This document shows positions 52,287 through 64,000 of a stretch of DNA of 64,000 nt, piece by piece. The DNA comes from Vicugna vicugna (taxonomy: Eukaryota), in NCBI GenBank assembly GCA_013265495.1, contig MU058059.1:2145502-2209501 (forward strand), written 5' to 3'. Below the pieces are notes generated by a model, which made no database searches, was not told the DNA's origin, and was given only the letters and a program-made list of their open reading frames with translations. The position numbers were made by a program, and so were the translations under genes. Each line of letters starts with the position of its first letter. Within the stretch, counting starts at the first letter, position 1.

Positions 52287-55200
52287 CTAAAACAGACTGA
52301 AAATACATGAAGCAAAAATTTACATAATTGAAGGGAGAAATAGGCAACTCAATGACAATAGTTAGAGACTTTAATATCTCATTTCCAACAATGGGTAGAA
52401 CAATTAGGTAGAAGATCAAAAAGAAAATAGAAGACTTGAACAATACTACATAAACAACTACACCTAGCCATCTATAGAAAACTTCACCCAATAACCATAC
52501 AATATACATTCTTGTTAAGTGCACATGGAACATTCTCCAGGACAAAAAAAAACCTCAGCAAATATTAAAGGACAGAAATAATACAAAGTACATTCTCCAA
52601 CCACAGTACAATGAAATTGGAAAGCAATAGCAGGAAAAAGTTGGGGGTACTCACAAATATATAGAAGTTAAAGAGCATGTTCCTAAATAATCAGTGGATC
52701 AAAGAAGTCACAAGGGAAATCCAAAAACACTTGGAGATGAATAAAAATGAAGACACAATATATCACAACTAATGAGATGTAGCTAATAGCAGAATTTAGA
52801 GGGAAATTTATAGTTGTAAATGCCTATATTAAGAAAGAAAAAAGTTCTCAAATTAGTAATCTAACCTTCCATCTTAAGGCAATGGAAAAAGAAGAGCAAA
52901 TAAAACCTAAAGCAAGCAGGAAATAATAAAGATTAGAAGAGAAATGAACAAAATAAAAAATTAAAAAAGAATAATGAAAATCAAAGAAACCAAAACCTGG
53001 TTCTTTGAAAAGATAAACAAAATTAACAAGTCTTTAGATAGATCAACCAAATAAAAAAAGAGAGAAGACTCAAATTATTAGAATCAGAAATAAAAGAAAG
53101 GACATAGCTACTGGCCTTACAGATTTATTTATTTTTTTAAACATTTTTTATTGATTTATAATCATTTTACAGTGTTGTGTCAAATTCCAGTGTAGAGCAC
53201 AATTTTTCAGTTGTACTTGAACATATATATATTCATCGTCCCATTTTTTTCTCCGTGAGCTACCGTAAGATCTTGTGTATTTTTCCCTGTGCTATACAGT
53301 GTAATCTTGTTTATCTATTCTACAGTTTTGAAATCCCAGTCTATCCCTTCCCACCCTCCGCCCCCTTGGCAACCACAAGTTTGTATTCTATGTCTGTGAG
53401 TCTATTTCTGTTTTGTATTTATGCTTTCTTTTTTTTTTTTTAGATTCCACTTATGAGTGATCTCATATGGTATTTTTCTTTCTCTTTCTGGCTTACTTCA
53501 CTTAGAATAACATTCTCCAGGGGCATCCATATTGCTGCAAATGGCCTTATGTTGTCTGTTTTTATGGCTGAGTAGTATTCCATTGTGTAAATATACCACC
53601 TATTCTTTATCCAGTCATCTGTTGATGGACATTTAGGCTGTTTCCATGTCTTGGCTATTGTAAACAGTGCTTCTATGAACACTGGGGTGCAGGTGTCATC
53701 CTGAAGTAGGGTTCCTTCTGGATATATGCCCAGGAGCGAGATTCCTGGGTCATATGGTAAGTCTACTTCTAGCCTTTTGAGGAATCTCCATACTGTTTTC
53801 CACAGTGGCTGCACCAAACTGCATTCCCACCAGCGGTGTAGGAGGCTTCCCTTTTCTCCACAGCCTCTCCAGCATTTGTCATTTGTGAATTTTTGAATGA
53901 TGGCCATTCTGACTGGTGTGAGGTGATACCTCATTGTAGTTTTGATATGCATTTCTCTGATAATTAGTGATATTGAGCATTTTTTCATGTGCCTATTGAT
54001 CATTTGTATGTCTTCCTTGGAGAATTGCTTGTTTAGGTCTTTTGCCCATTTTTGGATTGAGTTGTTTGTTTGTTTCTTATTAAGTCGTATGAGCTGCTTA
54101 TATATTCTGGAGATCAAGCCTTTGTCGGTTTCATTTGCAAAAATATTCTCCCATTCCATAAGATTGTCTTTTTGTTTTACTTAAGGTTTCCTTTGCTGTG
54201 CAGAAGCTTGTAAGTTTCATTAGGTCCTATTTGTTTATTCTTGCTTTTATTTCTATTGCTTGAGTAGACTGTTCTAGGAGAACATTTTTGGGATGTATGT
54301 CAGAGAATGTTTTGCCTATATTTTCTTCTAGGAAGTTTATTCTTTCTTGTCTTATGTTTAACTCTTTGATCCATTTTGAGTTTATTTTTGTGTATGGTGT
54401 AAGGGAGTGTTCTAGCTTCATTGCTTTACATGCTGCTCAGATTTTTTTAAAGGATCATAAAGTAATATTATTGACAACTGTACAGCAACAAATTAGATAA
54501 AGTGAAATGGACAAATTGCTTGAAAGACACAATCTACTGAAACCAACTAAAAAAAGAGAGACAATCTAAATAAATCTATAACAAGTGAAGAGATTGAATT
54601 GGTAATCAAAAACTGCCCAAAAAGAAAAGCTCAGTCTCAGAAAACCTCACTGCTGAATTCTGCCAAATATTTTAATAATTAACACTAATTCTTCACAAAC
54701 TCTTCCAAAAAATAGAAGAGGAGAAAGGACCTTCTAACTCATTTTATGAGGCCAGTATTACCTTGATCCCAAAACCAGGCAAAGAAATCATAAGAAAACT
54801 AAAGATCAGTATCTCTTATGAGTGTTGGCATAGATATTCTCAACAAAATACTAGCAAACTGAATACATAGCATATTAAAAAGAATTATACACCATGACCA
54901 AGTGGGATTTAATCCAAGGATGCAAGGTTGGTTCAATATCTGAAAATCAATTGACATGATACATCATATCAATAGAATTTTGAAAAATCACGACTATCTC
55001 TCAATAGAGACAGAAAAAGTATTTGATGAAATCTAACACCATTACATGATAAAAACAATTGACAAACTAGAAATAGAACAGAACTTTCTTATCATGATAA
55101 AGCATGTATATGAAAAGCTCACATCTAATGTCATACTTTATGGTGGAAAACTGGGTATTTTCCCCCGGTGTCAGGAAGAAGATCAGGATGTCTGGTGTCA

Positions 55201-56432
55201 TCACTTCTGTTCAGCCTTGACTTGAGGTTCTTACCAGGGCAATTAGGCAAGAAAAAAATACATAAAAATCTGAAACTATAAAACTTTTAGGAGAAGACTT
55301 AGGGACAAATCTTTATGGCCTTGGATTTGGCAAAGGATTCTGAGATACGACACTAACAGCATGACTAACAAAAGAAAAAAATAGATCAGTTGGGCTTCAC
55401 TAAAATTAAAAGCTTTTGTGCTTCAAAGGACATTATCAAGAAAATGAAAAGACAGCCAACAGAATGGAAAAAATATCTGCAAATTATTTATCTCTAAAAG
55501 GACTTGTATTGAGAATATGTAAAGAACTTTTGCAATTCAGTAACAGTAAGACAAATAACCCAATTTAAAAATTGGCAAAGTGTCTGAATAGACATTTCTT
55601 CAAGGAAGAATGGCCAATAAGCACATGGAAAGATGCTTGATATCATTAATCACCAGAAGATGCAAATCAAAAGCACAATGAGATACCACCTCACATCCCC
55701 TAGGAGGGCTTGAATTAAAAAGTCAGATAATGAATGATGACAAGGACATGGAGAAATTGGAACCCTTGTCCATTGCCAGGGAGAATGTGAAATGGTGTGG
55801 CCTTTTTGGAAAACCATTTTGTGGTTCTTTCAGCTATTAAATGTAGAGTTACCATATGATGCACCAGTCCCACTCCTAGGTATATACCCAAGAGAAATGA
55901 GAACACATGTCCCCACAAAACCTTTTACTTGAATGTTCATGGTAGTATTATTCATCATAGCCCAAAGGTGGAAACAATCCAATTTCCATCAACATTTGAA
56001 TGAATGTATGGAGAACTGGATAAACAATTGTTGTATATGGATAGAATGGACAAATATTTAGCCAGAAAAAAAAAAGATTAAAATACTGATACCTGCTGTA
56101 ACACGGAGGAACCTTAATAAAATTATGCCAAATGGAAGAACACACAGACATGAGAGACCACATATTACATGATTTCATTCATATGAGATGTTCAGAACAT
56201 GGAAACGTACAGAGACAGGAAGTAAATTAGGGGTTACTTAGAACTGGGGGCTATTGATAGGCTAATATAGGGTAATACAAAAGGGTATGGGATTTCTTTT
56301 TGAGATGATAAAAATGTTCTAAAATCAACCCTGCTGATGGTTGCCCATATCTGTGGATATACTTAAAGTCACTGAATTGTATACTTTTATGAGCAAATTA
56401 TATGTATTTTAATTAAATATCAGTAAAGCTGT
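51820..56432 (+). mobile_element. Old degraded L1 (ORF2 endonuclease start through 3'UTR); probable 5' region extends to about 50930
   Basis: ITLNVNGL-like start at about 51955; caaggatgcaaggttggttcaatat at about 54915; 3'UTR at 56200-56430; many stops; (CA)n at 52255-52284. Confidence 0.88.
53127..54437 (-). mobile_element. Younger 5'-truncated L1 nested antisense in the old L1; encodes the ORF2 C-terminus
   Basis: ORF 53440..54159 is L1 ORF2 C-terminal sequence with zinc knuckle [19 protein letters not shown]-tail from about 53124; short TSD cagattt at 53120 and 54438 with a TTTT/AA target. Confidence 0.93.
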
Positions 56433-57503
56433 GGGTATTTTTAAAAAAAAAAACCTATCATGAACTTAACGCAGCCCTAAGTGTTTTACAAAACAGTGTT
56501 TCATTCCTGTGCTCCTGTTCTGCAGATGGAGAAACTGAGGCTTAAAATGTTTTAAGTACCTGTCCCAAGGTCGTGCTGTGAGCAAGTGGCAGAGTTCGCA
56601 CTAGGCAACTCCCAGTTCACTGTCATATTTAGTATTTGTTAGGTTCAATTATGCAGTGAGCTAACCACTTTTCAATGTAGTATAACATTTAATTCTTGAA
56701 ATACCTACTGTGATGTAAATATTACTTTTCTCACTGTAGAAATGAGGAAACTGATATTCCTAGAAATAGTGTAAAGTGGCAAAATTTCAAAGCCGTTCTT
56801 TTTACTGAAAGTTTGATGCTGATTCTACCTTGTCAGAGCTAAAGGTCACTGCCTCTACAAAGGTCAGGAGAAAGTAGCTAAGATCCAAGTCCTCAGCCAC
56901 TTGGAGTGTAGTGGAAACTTTTAACCATGTGCAAGGAAGAATAGATCCAAGTCCAGGAAAAAAAAAAACCTCTGCAATGGAAACAGTGTCATCAATGCAT
57001 TATTTCATTTTCTTTATGATTTTTGGCCTCAGCTTAGTGGACGATAGAAATGCAAAGACTACTTTCCTAATAGCTCAGGGTTTCAAAGCATTAATCTGCT
57101 TCAAGAGTTCAGTGTTTGGAGCCTGCATTCTATCACCACTATTTGTTTAGCTGAATTGCAGATCCACTTAAAAAGTCCACTAATAATGAAGCAAGGGCAG
57201 TTGTACAAGGTGTGTCAGTGTTTTTGTAGGGAATAAAAGGCTTAATAAGAAGATTTGCCTTCAGAGATTTATGAAATTCCAGCCTATGGAGGCAACGCAC
57301 CTCCACCAGTGAAAGGGTCAGCTCTTGTGCACCTTTCCAGAGTTTTCCCAAGAAAGACTCAAAAAAAGCACCCTCAGGCTGGGAGAATCGGGGCTGATGG
57401 GTACCACGATAGAAGGATGGACACTCAGAAGGGCCTTCCTTACCTGATTTTGCTCTCTCCTCCTTCCCCACCCTGAGCAGTGAACAAACAGGCAGACTAA
57501 TGA

Positions 57504-57660
57504 GGGGAGGGTAGAGCCCAGTGGCACACATGTGCGAAGTCCAGAGTTCAATCCCCAGTACCTCTATTAAAAATAAATAAATAAACCTAATTACCTCCCC
57601 CCACCAACAACTACAAACTTTTTTTTTTAAAGATAATACTTAAAAAAGCCCAAAAAACCA
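57504..57660 (+). mobile_element. tRNA-derived SINE (camelid type) with an internal deletion
   Basis: ggggagggtagagcccagtgg...gttcaatccccagtacc; TSD aggcagactaa (57490-57500) / aggcagactga (57664-57674). Confidence 0.85.
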
Positions 57661-59430
57661 GAGAGGCAGACTGAGCATCACCCTCCAGAACAGAACAGGA
57701 TCTGCATCTAAGAGCAGAGAAGCTGCAGATTCTACCTGATTATTCCTAATGTAGGTCTCAGGCAAGAATTGTTCCAGGGTATCGTTCCAAGGTATGAAAG
57801 CACTGGTTTCTGTTTAAAGATAAAATATCATATGTTCCTACAGAAGAGTATAAGAATTCTGTGTAAGGGTCATGAGTCAGAAAGATCTTTTTGAGACTCC
57901 ATGGGTGGCCTGCAAAAGTGTATTGTATGGGAGCAGCTTTCCTTAGATGCAAAATATGTTTTTTTTCACATCATGGCCTCGGCAAGGTACCTATTCTTTT
58001 TAAGATTCTTGGAATGCCAAATGCAATTCAATCCTCTGAGGGGAGAAAAACCTCAGGAGAACTGATTAAATACCTGTGCAAGTATTGTCTGAGAGCTGTA
58101 AGGTCATTTGGCATCTTCCCAAAAAAGTCAGCCCTCCTACTTCCTGGCTGGTCAGATGTTCAACCTTGGACTATCCCTGAATTCCAATTGACACAAATAT
58201 AAAAAAGACCTTGAAAAAATTCATAGAAAAATTCACAGACAGTTCAAGTTAACCGAACCCAAATGCCCGTGTTACCTACTATTCTCAGTGTGCTGGTTAT
58301 AGTAGCAATCAGAGCTTTTGCTAAGACAAAGAGAGCGCTGCCTGCCATGCCAACGCCTGGTTCATTAGCGCCCACACAAAGTGCCCTATGCTAGCACATC
58401 TTTTGTTGGCATTGGCTTCAGCCACAATGTTAAATAACTTTGAGAGAAAAGATGTGCCAGAAAGTGTTTCGGGTAGCCATGACTCTGAGACAGGACAGGA
58501 ACCGTTCTTGCTGGGAAAAGAATGTCTTGCAAACTCTAATAATGAGTAACATGCTTGCTCACCTCATCCCTCTCTCTCCACCAGATCTGTCTCAGTTTTC
58601 TGCAAAGGTTTTAACACAGCTCATCTAGACAGCGGCTAACACAGGCCACTGATTCACTTGGGTTGAAAAAGTGATCTCTTGAAGATCACAATCTCTTTAG
58701 TCTTTGATTATAGAATTGTTACTCACTCTTTTTGTAATACCAAAAAAAAGTCAACTTAGAAACAAACATATATATGTTTATATATGTATGCTTATGTTTA
58801 TATATATATAAGTGCTGTCAGCCATAAATTTCTAGAGCAGTCGGCTTCTTTTATTTATCATTTTAGATGGTTAAACGTGACGTGACAATAGGGTGATGTG
58901 ACTTTCAGCTTGTTGTCATTGTCCTCCTAAATCCTCCTAGTTGGGACTTTCCTCTTTTTTGGTTGGACAGTGATTAGTGTGAGAATGAGATTAAATTTCT
59001 AGGCCTTCTTTCTACATTTTCTGACATTCCTTGGCCCTATGCCCCCATGCAGGGATTCCATCAGAGTAAGGCTTCTGACCTCTCCCACCTCCATCCCCAT
59101 TCCCTCCCTCCCCTGGGAGGACTTGTCCCATCTTACTGGACAGTTGGAGGGAAGGGTGGAACACTGGAACATGCTCAGGTTAGGGTCTGACCCACCATGG
59201 AGGGGTTTAACCTAGAAATCTGCACCCTACCCTCCTGGCTGGTTGGCCTACATTGGGAAAGCCAAGAGGACAGGAGGCATCTGTGGTCAGCAAGTAGCTG
59301 AGTGAGTTTAATTCTGGAGAGTTGTTTACAGTTAGGAAGCCTATTGCAGCTGCACATCTGAATCCATCCTCCAATTAAGCATTTATTTGTGGTGATTTTG
59401 CTGATTAAAAAAAAAATCTCCTACCTCTGT

Positions 59431-59690
59431 CAGATTCATTAGAGGCAGAAAGTAGAATGGTGGTTCCCGAGACCTGGGCCTGGGAAGAATGGAGGATGGT
59501 GAGTTAGTGTTTCATGGTTATATTGTTACAGGTTTGCAAGATGAAATAGGTTCTGGAGATAGATGGTGATGATGATTACATAACAAAATGAATGTCCTTA
59601 CTTAGGTACTTAATCCTAGTGAACTCTACACTCAGAAATGGTTAAGATGATAAATTTTATGTCATGTATATTTTAGCACAATAAAAAAGT
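59431..59690 (+). mobile_element. L1MB-type 3' end
   Basis: gaggcagaaagtagaatggtggtt...aaatggttaagatgataaattttatg...aataaaaa. Confidence 0.8.
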
Positions 59691-62600
59691 TGGGGGAAAA
59701 AATTCCTTCTATTTCCTATGCCTGTGTTCCCCATGGCTGGACAGCTCCTGTTTTGTCAGATGTTTAACTGTCAGTTTCAGTGACTTTAAGGAGCCAGAAG
59801 CTGGAATATTACAAAGGAGATTTCAACCCATGAAGATGGTGTGTTGTTCCTATCAATCTAGCTGTGATTCATTTGTCCATCCAAGTATTTATGGAGTATC
59901 TATATGTTTCAGACACTCTTCTAAGCACCTGGGGCAGAGTAATAAAGCTGTGATTTTTTAAAATCTCTGCCCAGTTCCTAGGTCTTAATGTTTCATTAGG
60001 GAAAGAAAACAAAACAAAACAAAACAAAAAACTGGGGAAGGAAAGGAAGGAAAGAAAGGAAAGAAAAAGGTGTTCTGCATTCATCCCCTTAAACCTCCAC
60101 AATGAATGTGTCCTTATTCTCATTATTTCAATGTGGAATACATATCAAATTCTCAATATACCCTAAACAGAAGTCAGTAGTTCCCCCTCCAACCTTCCTT
60201 TCTAAATTCTGGGAAGTGCCAGAAATATGGAAATTTAGAAAGGAAGGCTAATAAAAAAGCAACAACAAAAAAAAGCAGAATCTAAATTTAGGACATAGTC
60301 AGATATTACTATGCTCAGAGGTCAGTGCTAACAGGAATCAACATAAAATGGATCAGATTAACCATCTGCAGAAATCATTGCAGGAAATAAGCCACCCAAG
60401 AGATGATTCACAAACATATTGCTAGCAATTGGAGGGTGCTTTTTAAGTCTCACCAGGGGTCTAGCATGCTTCTTGAAAAGGAAATGGGAAGTCATCAGTT
60501 TAAAATGTAACTAGTGGAAGATTAGCAGTAATTTAAGAAATTGCAAACTGCCGTAAGGAAATGATTGAGGTTTTGGATGATAGATCAGGAATATAGAAAG
60601 TGAACAGTATAGTAGAATTTGTCAGTGTGCCCTCACAATCTCCAGGGAAGGAAATACACTAACTCTAAAGACCACTAGGGAATATTTTAGGAAAATTCCT
60701 AGGACCAAGAAGAGTAACTCTTGTTTGAAAGTTGGATAACCCCTAATTACAGCCAGATCTGTCTGTTCTTATTCTCTGTTCACTAATCAACCTGCTGATT
60801 CAATAATGACTAACCACTGACTCCCATCTAAGTGGCCCACTGGACATGTGCGAATGACCACATCAGTCATCCTGTTGGATACAATCCCCAATGTAAATTA
60901 ATGGATGGATATGCTCATTTCCAAACCACTCAAGGAGTTGGATCAAGGGAATTGACCCCCCAGAGTCTGCTAATCTCAGATGACTAATAAAATTAATGTG
61001 CACTCTACCTGTACTGCTCTCATTCAAATTCAGGTGTATCAAGCTCTGGGGCAGGAACAACGCATCTCTGCTCCCCAACCCCTCCCTCTCTTGCTTGTTC
61101 TTTTCTTAATCCCCCAAACTTTCTTCATTTCTCATTCACTCAGGCTCAAAATCTTAAAAACTTCCTTTGAATTCTCTCTCTACACTAATCATAGACAATG
61201 GATTTTTTCTTTTTATCCTTTCTTCCACCTAAGTCTAGGCTTGAAGTATCATGAATATGTGATGGCAAATTATTTTAAAATACAAATTGATGTGGTTATT
61301 CTTGTCCACTCTTCCTCCCATGGAAGTCATTCATTTGTTCCCTACAAGCCTGAGTTCCATTTTCTTAACTCCCAAAATACTTTTTGGTTGTACCACTTAT
61401 TTTGTATGTAACTGATATCTCTTTGCCATATCATCTCTCTGGATATACCACATTATATAAATTATCTATCAGCCTAACTCTTGGAATGGTTCATGTACAT
61501 GATTTGACTCCAAGGAGAAAAACATTCCCTGATGTGGGTGGCATGTCTTAAAGATGGCAGATCATGTCTGGCTGGGTAGCACCACCTTTATTAATGACAA
61601 GACATGAAAAATTAAGGAAACAAATTCTGAATCTGAACACTGACTTCTCTGTGAAGTAACTGCCATTTATCCTCTAGTGCTTCTAGGAAATGAAATATCT
61701 AGTGTGATAGATGCACAGATGCTGAGAGCTAACAATGATATTACAGAATCTGGATAGAGTGAAAGGAACAACAGCAAAGATAGTAGACATGGAAAAGAGG
61801 ACATGATGATCCAACATAAGGATAAGTGGTATTTATCATCCAGAGAACAAAAACAAAAAAACAAAACAAAAAGGATGATTCAAGCATATAGTAAGGGCTT
61901 TTTAAAGTATAGAACTATATGAACTATATGCTCCATTTCTCAGTGGGGCTTCTGATGTCCAATATTGCTGCTAGAGTCAGTTCTTCTAGCAGGATGCTGA
62001 GCTTCTAACATTACAAATTGGAAAACTGAATCTTTCTTTCCATAGGAAAAAAAATAGTGGTGAAATTATTCTAGGATTTCTTCAAGTAAATTTTGAGTTA
62101 AATGGGCTCTTGTGGGCTGATTTAGGTGCAGAGTCAAGATTTTTAGTTTGGTTTCAATGTGGAAATGCATTCTGAGTGGGAATGCCCTAACTTAGACATA
62201 AATGTCTAGAACATAAATTACTTTTTCCCTTGGAAACTATCTGTATTTCTTTTATAATAGCCTCAGAGCCTAGCCAAAAACTATACTCAGAACAGGAGTC
62301 TAGTAAATACCTGTTGGAAAAAGAATAAATATATGTAGGTGATCAATTGTGAATTCACTGGTAAGAAGAATAATGATTTGTGTGCTGGATGGGAAATGCT
62401 CACACTCTTTCAAGTAATAATTGTGAGGAATCACAAACACAAAATAGCTACTACACACTAAAAATAATAGTAAGTCTGATCACAACAGAGCAGAGATGGT
62501 GGTTCCATCCATCTCTTGGAAGTCGTAGATGGGACAAAACTTTTGACATAAACCCACAAAGTGAAAGGAAGGATTCAAAGGACCTTGGAAGTGAAACAGA

Positions 62601-62727
62601 CTTGTGACTACACAGCTCTTTTGAAAAGTATGTAACAATTCCCACTGCTAAATCACATTTGATTCACTTATTCATTAATTCATTTCTATTTGTGTACTTA
62701 AGTATTTCCATTTATTTATTTGGCCAA

Positions 62728-63233
62728 TGTAGTAATTTTCTACTGCTACAATAAACAGTAACAGATTTAGCAGCTTACATCAATGCCAACGTATGATTTC
62801 ACAGTTATGCAGCTTAGAAATACAGGTGAAATGAAGGCATCAACCAGTTGGGCTCTTATCTGGAGGCTCTGAAAAAGTCCACTTGTAAGCCCACTAGAGT
62901 TGTTTGTAGAATCCAGTTCCTTACAGATATAGAACAAGGTCCTCATTTCCTTTCTGACTGCCAGCCGGGGGCTGCCCTTAGATCCTAGATGCCCCTCTTC
63001 AGTCCTCACATGTGAGCCTCTATATATAAATCAACAAAAGGGCATTAATTCTTCTTACACTTGGAATCTCTCTGACTTCCTGTTACCAGAATAATTCAGA
63101 ACAGGGCCCTCTCTATCTTAAGATCCATTACCTTACTTGTATCTACAAAGTCTCTTTTACCATGGCATGTAACATGTTCACAGGATCCAGGGATCTGGAT
63201 GTGAACGTCTTTATGGGGCCATTCAGCTTACCA
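62728..63233 (-). mobile_element. MaLR MLT1-type LTR
   Basis: tttagcagctta...tcttatctggaggctct...ggggccattcagcttacca. Confidence 0.75.
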
Positions 63234-63769
63234 GAGCCCACAATTACTATTATTGTTGCAGACCCTTTTTATTTTTAATAAATTCTGTACTCAGTGAAAA
63301 TAGCAGGGGGAAAAAAAGCTGATCATTAACCTTGTTGAAACTCTGCCAAGAAGTGATCTCTTAGTCACTTGGTTCATGAATAACCTAATTCTTTAGCCTT
63401 AAAAATAATCATTTCCTGCTCTTAACTATAAAAGTAGTTCTCCACTGGTTACTTTACAAATTATCAAAGTGTATTTTTTTATTATGGAATCATGAACAGC
63501 ATACAGAAATTACACACAAATATACAGCAAGAATTTGATCCGTGTAACTAATTTACTGCTTAATTTTCTACCATGTGGGAAAATGAGAATTCTCATTCAC
63601 TGGTGTTGAGAAGTAAATTTCTCGAGGGTGATTTGGCAACATATAGAAAAGCCCTAAAATAAGCATATTCTTTGACACATAAATTGCCCTTCTAGAAATT
63701 TCTCCTAAATACATAGTAATGGAATGAATAAAGCTTTCACTACAAAGATACTCAAAATAGCAACAAAAC

Positions 63770-64000
63770 GGAGACAGACTCTGAAAACAAACTTATGGTT
63801 ACCAGGGAGACGGGGGGCAAGGGATAAATTAGGAGTTTGAGATTTGCTGACACTAACTACTGTGTATAAAACTGATAAACAACAAGGTCCTACTGTTTAG
63901 CACAGGAAGCTATATTCAACATCTTGTTAATAACCTATAATGATAAAGAATATGAAAAACAATATATATGTGTGTATAACTGAATCACCGTGCTGTACAC
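63770..64000 (+). mobile_element. Artiodactyl-type L1 3' end (runs off the window)
   Basis: aaacaaacttatggttaccaggg...gggataaattaggagtttgagatt...ataactgaatcaccgtgctgtacac. Confidence 0.85.

Noticed and set aside
53440..54159. 239-aa ORF as a host gene
   Set aside because: It is the ORF2 C-terminus of a 5'-truncated L1 with disruptions upstream; non-autonomous.
1..64000. CRISPR array, rRNA, or prokaryotic/viral defence system
   Set aside because: No regularly spaced repeats, rRNA motifs or gene-dense operon structure; the window is repeat-rich mammalian DNA.

Overview
Mammalian genomic DNA, most likely camelid, judged from three copies of a short tRNA(Ala)-derived SINE and artiodactyl-type L1 3' ends. 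Most of the window is intronic or intergenic and rich in interspersed repeats (L1, L2, MIR, CR1/L3, MaLR/ERV LTRs, MER20, MER58). A CpG island at about 39.6-40.45 kb is the promoter of a plus-strand gene that I cannot name. That gene has a non-coding exon 1 ending at 39894 and a 70-nt exon at 47489-47558; I found no convincing further exon in the window. On the minus strand I can assemble a phase-compatible chain of candidate coding exons: 15630-15547 or 14466-14394, then 3263-3120, 1056-893 and 422-303. It encodes an unrecognised, probably disordered protein; it may be a real lineage-divergent gene, a decaying gene or partly chance. Its possible start sites are the CpG island (a divergent splice donor is present), a MER41-like solo LTR that carries its own ATG and donor, or a CpG/E-box/E2F-rich patch at 13-17 kb. 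The only long ORFs with recognisable homology are L1 ORF2 pieces. I see no rRNA, true tRNA, CRISPR or prokaryotic system. Repeat family names are from recall and boundaries are approximate unless TSDs are quoted.
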